The position numbers and the translations under genes are program-made. 64,000 bases of DNA from Emiliania huxleyi CCMP1516 (Eukaryota): contig NW_005201349.1 in NCBI RefSeq assembly GCF_000372725.1, positions 260,723 through 324,722 on the forward strand, given 5' to 3'. The notes beneath the pieces were generated by a model. That model was not told where the DNA came from. It worked only from the letters and a program-made list of their open reading frames with translations, and ran no database searches. Positions 23,346 to 34,986 of this stretch are shown one piece after another. Each line of letters begins with the position of its first letter. Positions within the stretch are counted from its first letter, which is position 1.

Positions 23346-24382
23346 ATGGCTGCACCGCGCTTCCTCCTCGCCGCCGCCGGCCCGCTGTTCGCCGCCGCCT
23401 GGACGGCGCCGTCCCTCCGCCACGCTGCTGGACTGGGCCCGCGCGCGGGACTGCCAATCGCGGCGGCGCCGACGCCGTTCACCTCAGACAGTTCGCCGAA
23501 CGTGCTCTCAGTCCCACCAAACGCGGCCGACGCCTCCGGCGCCGGCCCTCCGGTACTTGATGCGCTGTGCGCGGCGGCGACGCGCGCGGTGGTCGAGTCC
23601 ACGGGTGAGGGCGGTGAGTCGAGCGGCTCGGGCCGGCCAGAGTGGGCGCGTTGGCCTCACACTCGCCGTGCCCCACTGCAAGCCCGTAGAAGAAACACTC
23701 GTCGCACACCGGTCCGCAGGGCACATGGTGCGACAAGGAGCTGCTCGCGGCGGTGCGCCAGGCGGCGGACCGGGTGGGCGCGGCCACATCGGAGGGCGGA
23801 GCGTGGGCGCGGCTGTGGGAGGAGGCGGGCGGCGAGTGCGCGGCCGCGACGCTGCGCGTGGCTGGCGGCGACGACTGGGACCTGCTGCTCCACCTGTTCA
23901 GTGGTGGCAGCGCCGAGGGCAGTGCGGTGCGGGTGCGGCACGCGGACGGCAGCGGACGACGCACGAGCTCGGTGCAGGCTTGGCGTGTGCTCCGCTGAAT
24001 CGAGCGTTGTCTGTCTGCAGGCGTGCTCTCTCTCCTCCGCCCGCTCGTCGGCTCCGCGACGGTGTCCAAGCTGCGGCCGTCTGGAGAGTTGGTCGGCTCG
24101 CCGCGCAAGCTCGGTGCGGCCACGAGCGGCGCGCTGCTGCAGATCGGAGGGCCGGTCCAGGAGTACGCGGCGGCGGGAGGCTCGTCGGCCCTGCTCGAGG
24201 CCCTCCTCCTCCGCTGCGATGGACACGTCCAGCACATGCGCCGGTGACACGTCAGAGACACGTCCAAGACTTGTCTGTCCGCAGGTGATCCTCCGACACC
24301 CCCTCCACTCGGAAAGCGACGAGGCGCTGCCATCCGACCCGCCGCCCCTCTCGCCCGCCTCGCGCTCCATCTTTGTCGACCG

Positions 24383-24415
<33 letters not shown>

Positions 24416-26442
24416 CGTGTCAGCGGCGAGTGGCGCAGGCTCGCTCGGCGACGCGCTCTCCGGCTCGGTCGGCGGCCTCGAGGCGCAGCTCGACGCGATC
24501 GTGCGGCGGGTGCTCGCTTCCCGCGCTGACCCAGCTGCCGCGCGCCGGCTGGGCATCTCGCACGTGCGCGGCATCCTCCTCTCGGGTCCTCCCGGCTGCG
24601 GCAAGACACTGCTTGCGCGCGAGCTGGCGCGGTCGCTGGGCGCGCGCGAGCCGCAGGTGGTCAACGGCCCCGAGATCCTCGACAAGTTTGTGGGCGAGGC
24701 GGAGGCCAAGGTCCGCGAGCTCTTCGCGCCGGCCGAGGCGGAGTGGGACGCGGCCGGCGACGCTTCGGCGTTGCACGTCATCATCCTCGATGAGATGGAC
24801 GCGATCGCCAAGAAGCGAGGCTCCGCGAGTGGAGATGCGTCCGGGGTGCGCGACTCTGTGGTGAACCAGCTCCTCTCCAAGATGGACGGCGTCGTCGAGG
24901 CGGGAAACGTCCTCGTCGTCGGCCTCACAAACAGGCCCGAGCTGCTCGACGAGGCCCTCCTCCGGCCCGGCCGGCTCGAGGTGCAGCTGAAGGTGGAGCT
25001 GCCCGACGCCGAAGGGAGGAGGGACATCCTCCGCATCCACACGCGCGCGATGCGCCAGAACGGCGCTCTCTCCGCCGCCGCCGCCGCCGCCATCGACGCG
25101 CCGCCCGACGGCGACGCGGCCGCCTCTCTCTCCGCAAAGACGGAGCACTTTTCGGGCGCCGAGCTGGCGGGGCTCGTCCGCTCCGCCGCCTCATTCGCCC
25201 TCGACCGCGCCGCAGCGGACGCGGCCAGCGACGCCGCCGCGCCGCCCGCGACGGTGGACTTGCGCGACCTGGAGCGTGCGCTGCGCGAGGTGCGGCCCGC
25301 CCTCGGGATGGTTTCGACTCGTATCGCTGACTCATGCATCGCCCGAGGTGACGCCTAGGTCCGGCCCGCCCTCGGGAAGCGGTCCGAGGCGCTGGCGATG
25401 CGGTACGCGAGGCACGGCGTCGGCTGCCGCGCGCACGCGCCCGCGAGGAGGGCGTTGCGCCGCCTCTGCGTCCCGACGGCCGGCGCCGCCGTCCGATCCG
25501 CACTGCTGGTGGGCGAGGCCCGTGGCGCAGGCACGTCGGCGCTCGCGGCGTGGGCCGCTGCCGAGGCGGTCGCTGCGGGGGAGGCCGAGGCCGCATCGTT
25601 CGTCTCGTTTGCCGAGTTGGTCGAGCGGTGTGGCGGCGACGAGGGGGGTGGCGGCGCGCTGAGCGCGGCGCTGGGCGACGCTTTTCGGGAGGCGCGCGCG
25701 CAGCGGAGAGCTGTCCTTCCCGCGGAACCTTCCCTGAGAACCTTCCCTCCGAACCTTCTCTGAACCTTCCTGTAGGCGCGCGCGCAGCGGAGAGCTGTCC
25801 TCGTCGTGGACGACGCCGACGCGCTCCTCGCCGCCTCGCCGCTCGCCGCCGCCACGCTGCGCTCGCTGCTGCGCGAGCCGCTCAAGGCGGCCAGCCACGC
25901 GAGTTGGTCTGTGCTGGTCTGTGCGCCGTTTTCGTGTGATGCGCCTCGCACACACTCCGTTCTAGGCGGTCGGCCACGCGATTGCGCGCGCGCCCTACGC
26001 GCCCGCAGTGGGAGGCGCGGTTGCCGCTCCCGACGGCGACGGCGATGAGCCGGGCGCGCCGACGCTGGTCGTGCTGGCCACATGCGTCGGCGGCGGCGCT
26101 GCGGCGTTGGCAGGCATCTTCGACGCGTCGATCGCGGTGCCGCTGTTGCGCGGCGAGGAATCGGCCGACGCGCTGCGCGCCTCGCCTTCGAACCCGCTCT
26201 GCGGCGACGCGATCGAGCTGGCCGCCGCCGCAGCGGCGGCGGCGGAGGAGGCGGCGCGGCGCGACGGCGTCCCGGTGCGCCGCTTGTTCCGGGCGGCCGA
26301 CCGCGCGCGGGCGCTCGCGGCGGCGGACGCCGCGAGCGGCGACGCTGTGGCGGACGCCGAGGCGTGCGCCGCGGCCGGCCTGAGCATCGAGGCGGCACTG
26401 CAGCTTGCAGCGTTCGAGGAGGAGTGGGCTGCACTGCTGTGA
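23346..26442 (+). CDS. NSF/Sec18-like AAA+ ATPase with N-terminal signal/transit-like peptide, multi-exon
   Basis: VGGL..QL..IVRRVLASR, HVRGILLSGPPGCGKTLLAR, VNGPEILDKFVGEAE, LHVIILDEMDAI, DSVVNQLLSKMDGV, TNRPELLDEALLRPGRLEV; degenerate second AAA module. Confidence 0.9.
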
Positions 26443-26449
26443 GGTGAAG

Positions 26450-26498
26450 AGTACTAGCCCGCCTCAACCCACTTTACCCATGTGCATACTATTATACT
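26450..26498. repeat. ~49 bp dispersed repeat (second copy 58427-58475)
   Basis: agtactagcccgcctcaacccactttacc..gtgcatactattatact at both sites. Confidence 0.8.
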
Positions 26499-26503
26499 CA
26501 TAC

Positions 26504-28120
26504 ATGGAAATCTCTGCGCAACATCGGAAGATCCTTGGACTGTAGATCGTAGATGCCTTTTAGAGATCTCTTAAGTGGCAAATCTCCTGCCAAGAGCTGC
26601 AGTAGATTGAAGAACTGGTGGAGGCAAATCTTCTCCGGTGTAGATGCTCGAGAGGAGTCTGAGATCTCGCGTTTGGTGCGTGCAGTCGCTTGAGATCTTG
26701 CGACAGAGGTGGAGATTCTGACTTCGCGCCAAAGGCGCCTAGAGATCGTGTGGGCCGACTGGAGATTGCAAAATGGCGCGAAAAGAGGGTGGAGATCCTT
26801 TTGCATTGTGAATGAGTCCATAGCGCATCTCCTTGAAGGTTTGAGCCCCCCTCCTCCCCCGGGCCCCCGAATCGACAGTGGAGATTGGAGATTGGAGATG
26901 GAGATCGGAGATCTGACTGAATCCGGCCTAAGATGACGACGTTGGAGATTGGAGATTGAAGATGGAGATCGGAGATCTTTTGGATCCGGCCTAAGATATA
27001 GCGACGCTGGAGATTGGAGAGTACTGGAGAGATGGAGATCGGAGCCCCCCAGCCCCTAGTGGTGTCTCATCGATTTTTTTGTTTTGTTTTTAGATAAAGG
27101 TCTGTGCGCGGACGGCCCGGGGAGCCTGCGGCGCCATTTTAATCTGCGCTCCTCTTTATGGCCTGCGGCGCCTGGCTTGAGCTTGGAAGTGTAAACGAGT
27201 CCGCCAGGGCGGTCTGCAAACACGAAGCGCGCTGCGCGGCGCGCGCGGTCTACGCCGAACTGGGGGCGGTATCATGGTTCACGCTGCCAACTCGGCAAAT
27301 AGGCTCGCCGACATAGACCGCGTACATAGACCGCGCGCGCAGCGCGCTCCGTTTGCAGACCGCCCTGGCGGACTCGTTTACACTTCCAAGCTCAAGCCAG
27401 GCGCCGCAGGCCATAAAGAGGAGCGCAGATTAAAATGGCGCCGCAGGCTCCCCGGGCCGTCCGCGCACAGACCACAGGAAAAAACAAAAATCTATAAAAC
27501 ATCTATCAACACCACTAGGGGGTGGGTGGGCTCCGATCTCCCCATCTCCAATATTCTCTAATCCACAGCGTCGTCATCTTAGGCCGGGGATCCAGTCAGA
27601 TCTCCGATCTCCATCTTCAATCTCCAATCTCCAACGTCGTCATCTTAGGCCGGATCAGATCTCCGATCTCCATCTCCAATCTCCAATCTCCAATCTCGAT
27701 TCGGGGGCCCGGGGGAGGAGGGGGGCTCAAACCTTCAAGGAGATGCAATTTGGATTCATTCACACTGACCATCTCTCATCTCCAATCTCCAATCTTCTAC
27801 TTGGCCACTGTCGCCGCCGGCAGCAATCTACGACCTCCATTTTCAATCTTCGATCTCACATCTGGGGCGGATGGCTGGGCGCTAGGATCTACAATCTGCA
27901 TTCTCCATCTCCTATCTCCACATTTTGGCCCTGTTGCTGCTCAGAGCGATCTGCAATCCACAATCTCAATCTTCGATCTTTAGTCTTGAATGGGGAACCG
28001 GACAGGACGGATCTACTGGCGAGACTTGGGCGTGTCCGTGTGAGAGATCCGCTAGGATCTCCAGTCTTAATCTACTATCTCTACCCCAACGATCTACTGG
28101 TCTTGCGCAGAGATTTCCAT
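26504..28120. mobile_element. ~1.6 kb FoldBack-like element with 18 bp TIRs, nested ~420 bp inverted arms and GGAGAT(T) subrepeats
   Basis: TIR atggaaatctctgcgcaa (26504-26521) / ttgcgcagagatttccat (28103-28120); arms 26825-27253 vs 27327-27746. Confidence 0.85.
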
Positions 28121-28559
28121 TACTCATTATACCACTAGTACCGTAATAGTGCACACACATATACAACGATGGGGCTTTTATCGAAAGGAAAGGCCGCGGG
28201 CCCAATGGGATTGGCCCTCGTGCCCCTGGCGGGCGCGGGGGCGGGGGGGTGAGAGCGTTGTCCGTTGACTGGGACACGACCCTATGCGCTATGGCAACGA
28301 GAAGCCGGCGCATCACTCGGCCGCAGCGCTCTGTTTTATGTGTACACGTACAACCTTTAGCTTCCTGGGAGAAACAGCCCATAACTCGTGTATTTGTATC
28401 ACTCGCGCAGAAAGGCCGGCGGACGAATGTATCGGTACGTATGCTGTCGGGGCTGGCAGAGGGAGCGCCTCTGAGGTCGGCTATGATAATTGTGCGATGG
28501 CCGATGGCCCACACGCTAGAACCGGGCTAACCAGGAGGCCAACACTCGACCCTCTCACA

Positions 28560-28970
28560 CATCTCAAGGAGGTCGAGCTACTCGCCGTCTCCGCAGCAGT
28601 GGCGAGTCCGCATGGGCTGGCCTCGCGCTCCTTGTCTCCTGGCTTCAAACCCGCCAGCCTCGATGTTGGCCGCGCCGTCGAGCTCAGCCGGCGGCCTGGA
28701 GCTGCTCGCCGCGGCACTGCGGAGAGCTGCCCCGACGGCGTGTCCACGTCGAGCACGAGCGGCTCGCGGCACATCGGGCAGGATGGAGTGCGGGCGATCC
28801 AGTCGGCGATACAGTCGCGGCAGAAGACGTGCGCGCAGGAGGTCGACACCGGGCTGCAGGAGGCGTTCAACAGCTCGAGGACGGCGCATTCATCGCCGAG
28901 CTTGGTCGTCGTTGGACGCGCCGAGCTCGTTGGCGTTGGACGCGCCAGACGGGTCCTCGTCCGCTTCGTC
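28560..28970 (-). pseudogene. RING finger (C3HC4-type) fragment, second zinc ligand apparently lost
   Basis: DECAVLELLNASCSPVSTSCAHVFCRDCIADWIARTPSCPMCREPL; bounded upstream by (CCTTA)n at 28971-28994. Confidence 0.6.
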
Positions 28971-29164
28971 GTAAGGTAAGGTAAGGTAAGGTAAACTTCT
29001 CCACACACACGAGGTGGTGGGGCAAGGGGGGGCAACCCTCGCTTCGTCGCAAATTCTAACATCGCGTGACACAATCACGCCTCACATCCTGTTATTCTAC
29101 TAATCGAAAGAAAGAAAATAGAAAACGGAGAGGATCTCGTGAATCGTAGCCTGTCTCTAGTCTC

Positions 29165-29281
29165 AAAGAAAGAAAGAGAGCGGACAACCCAAGGGAGGGA
29201 TGGGAGTTGGGAGGACGGCACGCCGCCACCCCACACGGGCGGGGATTTGAAGGAGAGGAGTGTGTGGTGTTAGCCATCGCC
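29165..29281 (-). repeat. Short dispersed repeat with (CTTT)n tail (other copies on + strand at 31594-31679 and 38607-38690)
   Basis: Shared core acacactc(c)tct(c)cttaaaatccctgtg..gcggcgtgcc followed by tttctttcttt. Confidence 0.7.
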
Positions 29282-29512
29282 TAAAGCGTAAAGGCCCTAC
29301 GCGCGGCGTGATCTCTAACTCTATGTGTATGTAGTTCCTTTCCTGCCACCGGTCATGTGCCCATGTGGCATGTGCAGGAGTACGGTAGGGCGAGTGCGTT
29401 CCGTGCGGTGCTCAGACGAGGTCCACGGGCGGCTTTTCCCGTGGGGCCTTCTTCCGCCGCCACACATGGTTGCCACTGCGGTCTGCGCCAGCAGTCTTCT
29501 TCGGCGCGTGGG

Positions 29513-31519
29513 CTAGGCCGCCTCCCGCGCCTTCGCCCTCGCAGCGGCCGCCGAGACGCGCCTCGCCTTGGCTGCGGCGAGCGCCGCCTCGGCCGCCGCC
29601 TCCTCCGCCGCCGCGGCCTCCTCCTCCTCTTCTGCCGCTGCCACAGCCGCAGCCTTCGCCTCAGCCTGCCGGCGCGCCTCCGCTGCCGCCTCCTCGCCCT
29701 CCTCCTCGGCCGCCTCCGCCGTCTCCTCGCCGCCCTCCTCCTCGCTCTCCTCCTCGTCCTCCTCCTCGGCCGCCTCCTCGGCCGCCTCCGCCGTCTCCTC
29801 GTCGCCCTCCTCCTCGCTCGCCTCGCCCGCCGCCTCTCCCAGCGCCTCCGCCAACCCCTCGACCGACGTCTCCGGCGTGATGCCGAACCGGATCCTGTCC
29901 TCGTGGAGCTCCGCGAGAAGCTTGAGCAGCCCCTCCCTGTCCAACGGCGCGGGCTTGGCTGCGGCTGCCTCTGCCGGCGCCTCGGACTCCTGCGACGGCC
30001 CAGCCCCGCCGCTCCCGCCGCCCTTCTTCTTCTTCTTGCCCTTCTTGCCCTTGGCGCGCTTCTCCGCCTCGACCTCCGCCAGCAGCTCCTCGGCGTGCCG
30101 CGCCGCCTCCTTCTCCTCCGCCGCCCTCTGCGCCGCCCTCTCCGCCGCGCCCGCAGCCCATGCCGCCTCCTTCGCCGCCGCCTCGGCCGCCGCCTCGGCC
30201 GCCGCATGCTCCTCGAGGACGCGCACGCACTCGGCGTGGCCCTTCCACTTGGCCCATTGCAGCGCAGTCATGCCGTTCTTTGAGCGCAGCGTCGTGTCTG
30301 CGCCCGCCCGCAGCAAGCGGAGCACCACGGCGGGGTGGCCGTAGTAGGCGGCATACATCAGAGCGGTGCGGTGATCGTCGTTGTCCTGCAAGTCGATCTC
30401 CGAGCCGTGCCGGATCAGCGTCTCAACCACCCGCTCGTGACCTTTGAAGGCGGCCTCCATCAGCGCAGTGACGCCGTTGTTGTGCTTCTGGTCGACCTCC
30501 GCGCCGTGCCGCACTGCCAGCTCGACCAGCTTCTCGTGGTCGTTGGTGGCGGCGAACATCAGCGCGGAGCAACCGTTGCTGTTCTCCAACAAGACATCCG
30601 CACCGCGCCGCAGAAGCGCCTCGGCCAGCCCCGCGTGGCCATCGGCCATTGCGAGCACCAGAAGCGTCATGCCGCTCACACGGGAGCCGTCACGAAAGGT
30701 GCAAAAGAAAGGGGCGTCAACCTGCCCGCCACCGTCGAGCCACGCCAGCACCGGCGCCTCTTCGCCTCGCTCAGCCGCTTCCACGACCTCCTCTGGCACC
30801 GCCTCGCTGCCCGGCGCGGCCTCCGCACCGCCCTCGCCGATCGAAGCAGAGGCCGCGGCACTGGCGCCCGCCGCCGCCTCGCCTGTGGGTGCGCCGCTCG
30901 CCCCTGCGCCGCCCGCCTCGGCCGATGGCGCCTTGCTGCGCGCCGCCGCCACCTCGCCGAGATACGTCCTGAAGGCCTCGACGCACTCGGTGTGGCCCTC
31001 CTCCTTGGCAATCTGCAGCGCTGTCGCACCGACCACGTTGCGCAGCTTCATGTCTGCGCCCGCCCGCAACAAGCGAAGCACCACCGCGGGATGGCCGTAG
31101 AGGGCGGCGAGCATCAGTGCGGTGCCGCCGAGATTGCACTGCAGGTCGATCTCCGCGCCGTGCCGCAGCAGCATCTCGGCCACCTGCTCGTGGCCGTTGG
31201 CGGCGGCGACCGTCAGCGCCGTACAGCCTTCGCCATCGCGCGCGTCCGCCTCCGCGCCGCGATTCAGCAGCAGTTCGACCAGCTGCTTGTGACCGCGACC
31301 GGCGGCGATCATCAGGAGCGTCCAGGCATGCACCCCGCCACGCACGCACGTCGCGTCAGCCCGCCCATCCCCGGCGAGCCACGTCTGCACCACGCCCACC
31401 TTGCCGTTCTCCGCCGCCGCCTCGATCCTTTTCGGCAGCGAGAGCGGCGCAGCAGTAGCCGCCGTTGAAGCGTGCCCGCGCCGGGGCGCGGCCGAGCCAG
31501 CCTTCGTCCGGCCGGGCAT
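29513..31519 (-). CDS. Ankyrin-repeat protein with two ankyrin blocks and acidic coiled-coil tail
   Basis: 668-aa ORF; repeated TALMxAAxxGHxxVVxxLLxxGA; AEELLAEVEAEKRAKGKKGKKKKKG. Confidence 0.9.
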   Translation of the reverse strand: MPGRTKAGSAAPRRGHASTAATAAPLSLPKRIEAAAENGKVGVVQTWLAGDGRADATCVRGGVHAWTLLMIAAGRGHKQLVELLLNRGAEADARDGEGCTALTVAAANGHEQVAEMLLRHGAEIDLQCNLGGTALMLAALYGHPAVVLRLLRAGADMKLRNVVGATALQIAKEEGHTECVEAFRTYLGEVAAARSKAPSAEAGGAGASGAPTGEAAAGASAAASASIGEGGAEAAPGSEAVPEEVVEAAERGEEAPVLAWLDGGGQVDAPFFCTFRDGSRVSGMTLLVLAMADGHAGLAEALLRRGADVLLENSNGCSALMFAATNDHEKLVELAVRHGAEVDQKHNNGVTALMEAAFKGHERVVETLIRHGSEIDLQDNDDHRTALMYAAYYGHPAVVLRLLRAGADTTLRSKNGMTALQWAKWKGHAECVRVLEEHAAAEAAAEAAAKEAAWAAGAAERAAQRAAEEKEAARHAEELLAEVEAEKRAKGKKGKKKKKGGGSGGAGPSQESEAPAEAAAAKPAPLDREGLLKLLAELHEDRIRFGITPETSVEGLAEALGEAAGEASEEEGDEETAEAAEEAAEEEDEEESEEEGGEETAEAAEEEGEEAAAEARRQAEAKAAAVAAAEEEEEAAAAEEAAAEAALAAAKARRVSAAAARAKAREAA

Positions 31520-31849
31520 TCAGAGGGGCGGGTTGCGGATAGCGCGTCCTCCCGCGCTGCTTCGAAAAAAGAAAATTAAGCAAAGTGGCGTTGACACACT
31601 CTCTCTTAAAATCCCTGTGTGGTGGCGGCGTGCCGTCCTCCCATCCCTCCCTTGGGTTGTCTGTTTTCTTTCTTTCTTTACACTCTCTCTCCCGCGCCAG
31701 GCTTCGAAAAAAGACTTTTGTGGCTCGCGTAGTGCGAAAAAAAGTAGCTCGAATTGGACACCAGCGCGGCGCAGTAGTCGGCAAGTGTGATCTGTGATCT
31801 GAAGGTCGGCGTCCCGCGGACATTGTACACGAGGCTGTGCCCGGTGCCG

Positions 31850-33200
31850 AACCTGTCGGACCTTAAGACAGACAGCGTTGTAGTATAAGTTGTAGATCCG
31901 CGCCTCCGCAAAGCGCCGCGCCGAGGCCTCGCTCGTCGCGGGCCGCGACGATTGCGATGCTTTGGTTGGGGGTTCACCGCCTGAGCGGTTCTTGGCGAGC
32001 GCGAGCGCAGGATCCGTCTTGAATCCGTTGGCCCAGGCGCGGAGGTGATCAAAGGCGGTTTCGCCGATCACAAAGGGGACTACTTAGCACGAGTGACATC
32101 AGCGCGGCCCCCAGCAGAGAGACGAGCCCGAGGAGGAAGAGGGCTGCCGATGGGGTAGGGCAGGGAAGGGCTCAGGCTCGGTGCGCATGTGAGTGCAGGA
32201 GGGCGGCCGGCCGAAGGAGACGTGGCGAGGGGGGAAAGACGGGGTGGGGAGGGTGTAGGCGAGTGAGAGCACGGTAGGATTGGAGTTCAAAGGCGCGCCG
32301 GGCGGAGCGATGCAAAAGAAGGCGATGCTCGTCTGGGTCTTGAAGAGCACAAGGCGGCCGCTTGTGCTCTGGGCGCGCAGGACCGTGTACGAAAAGTCGC
32401 TCAGCTTCCCCGGGTGGCCGCTCTTCAGCAGATTGGTCTGCTGCTGAGGCTCGTGGAGCCGGATCGTCGAAGAGCCGTCTTCTGCGCCCCCAAGTAGTAC
32501 GAGGTCTGGAGGCGGAGCCAGTTGACATGGTGCTCATTGTTGCCGCCATAATACTCTGCAAACATCGCAAAGGGCGCATTCTCCGCCCACACCTTCGGTC
32601 CCCGCCCCGATGGAGCAGGAACTCGGCGATGGCGGCGGAGAAGACCGCGCCGCCGTGCAGGTCCATCCCGAAGTCGCCCTTCGTCGCGCAGCACCTTGGC
32701 AGGACCGGCATCATATTGAGCATTATCGCGTCAAGCGGAAGGGGAAGGTGAACCACCGCAGGTAGTCGGTCTTCTCATCGATCAGGCTGCCAGGCCGGCG
32801 CGTCCACGGAAACACCATCTACGGCGGCGGTGGCCAGGTGGGCCGGCGGCGATGGTAGCGGCGGGGCTGCCAGGGCGTCGGTGGCACTAACCTGCGCGAC
32901 GGGGTCTTCATGATGAAGCTGAAGCTCAGCGGGATATTCAGGTCAAACCAGCGCTCGAAAGCTATGTTCGCGATCTTGGTCGGTGCGAAAGCGTACACGC
33001 TCACGGTCTCGCGGTCGTCTTGGAGCAGGGCGTCCTTAACCAGCCAGCGCTTTTGCCACTCCCAAGCGCCTGCCCGCGCAAGCAACGGGTGTGAGAGCAA
33101 GAAGAGGGCGCTGTGGGCGCAAAAGCGGACGAACAGAAAATCATCCAGCTCCGTGACAACACCGGCTTGCGTTGCCCTTGCTCTTTTTTTGATTTTGCAG
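31850..33200 (-). pseudogene. Degraded coding-like region of unknown family
   Basis: Protein-like segments in shifting frames (WEWQKRWLVKDALLQDD, FAMFAEYYGGNNEHHVNWLRLQ, GETAFDHLRAWANGFK) with stops. Confidence 0.3.
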
Positions 33201-33601
33201 GACAGCTCCCGTGTGCAAGGACTTTTGCCTCTCCGCCGCCGCCTCCGGCTCCGCCGCGCGGCCGGCCGCCGCCGCCCTCGCTCTTCCTTCCGCCGCCCTC
33301 CATGAGACGTGTCAAAAGAAAAACACTTGCGTTGACATGCACGGTGCTCGGTGGTACATATCTTTTCAAGTCAACTCCCCATCCCCGTGGCTCCCCACAC
33401 TCCACAGCTCTCGACACTCGCTCGCGTCTAGCTTGCGGGCAAGGCGGCGTGCGGGCAACCACCCCTCGCATGGACGATCGGCCGTCGATCCCGAGGTACG
33501 AGGGTCGTCGGTTGAGCATGCTAGGGAGCCTGGCGATGGACGCCACCGCGACCCCTCGCCGTCTAGTGTCCTTCGCGACCAGCTAGGCCGTTCCTGCCCC
33601 C

Positions 33602-34986
33602 CTAGTTTGCCGGCAGGGTGCCGGGCGGCGCCTTCTCGGTGTAACGGCCGTCGATGCTTCCCGCCGACGGCGAGGCCGCGAGCGTCTTGCGCCGCGTGAC
33701 GACCTCGGGCTCCTCGAGGCTCATCATCACCAGCCAGACCTGTTGATGGATCATGAGCGTCCGCTGTTAATATTCACTGCTCGTTCGCTCGGCGGCGCGG
33801 AGTCAGAAAGAGGTGTCTGGCGCACCATCGTGGCGCCGAGCGAGCCGGCGCATGGTCCGACCCACCAGACCCAGTGGTCGTCCCACGTGTTAGAGACGAC
33901 GGCAGGCCTGTCCACGGCGCGCCGTGTGAAGAGGGACGCGCTGTTCATGTGTACACCGGTTAGGGGGGGGGGGGGGGGTGACACGGCCCGCGCCCGAAGG
34001 AGCGCGTCGGATTGATCGAGCAGCCCGTCACCGGGATGCAGACCTATAGTCGGCGGGGGCGGGCGTGGTTGGGGTCCGATCTCTTGGCCTACCATTCCTG
34101 CTTCCTTGCTGCTACTGGCGCGCGCACCACGTGTGCAATGAAGACGGCGAGGCCTATTGAGAGAGCCGCGGGAGCGAGACACGTGAAAAGTGGACTGGAG
34201 CAGCCTTGTGTGAGAGAGGCCGGCCGCTGCTCGGTGTGCCAATGGGCAGCGGCGCGATGGAGAGCTTGTTCCCGAGGATGGAGGACTCGCCTAGTCGTGC
34301 AGCCTTCGTCTCCTGACTCCTCTGTGGATGCCGTTGGGGCACAGGGCTGGGGGGAGATGGCTCGCCGTCGGTGCAGAGCGACTGCCCGTTGACCGCCGTC
34401 TCGAGGACGGTGTACATGAGGAGAAAGGTGCCTAGTGAAACAATGCCGGCATGGCTAATTCACCAACTGTCTCAGGACCGCGTGCATGAGGGACGAGAGT
34501 GCCCACAAACTCAAAGGCGACCGCGTTGTGGTGGTTGACCGACGCGTTCTGCAGCCCGTTCGAGCCGAGGCTGCCCGACCGGTCGAGGTCCTCTCCTCCC
34601 GCGTCGCCGTGCGTCGCGCCTTTGAGTATCGCTGCGCCGGCGATGGAGCCGAGCATTTGCGCGATGAAGTAGGCCGCGCCGCGGATGGGGTGGCACTTGC
34701 CGGAGACCGTCAGCCCGAGAGTGACCGCCGCGTTGACGTGACCGCCAGAGGTGTGGGCAGTCGCGTACACCAGCACGGTGATGGCGAGCCCGAACTGGAG
34801 CGCGATGACGGTGACCGATGCCGGGTCCCAGTCACCGTCGCTAAAATGCGCGTTCGAAGCAGCGGCCCCGCAGCCAAAGAAGACGAATAGCGTCATAGCG
34901 ACAAACTCGGAGAGGGTGCCGCGGAGGAGATCACGCCGACCAGGCATCGGCTCTCGGGGCGTGGCATCGAAAGCGACGATCGGCAT
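33602..34986 (-). CDS. Aquaporin (MIP family), multi-exon
   Basis: SEFVAMTLFVFFGCG, HTSGGHVNAAVT, APLPIG|LAVFIAHV|VCIPVTGCSINPTRSFG|PAVV..HWVWWVGP; last exon ends PGTLPAN* at 33602. Confidence 0.95.

Noticed and set aside
23657..25339. 560-aa antisense ORF and many similar Arg/Ala/Pro-rich overlapping ORFs window-wide
   Set aside because: Shadow frames expected at very high GC3; no motifs
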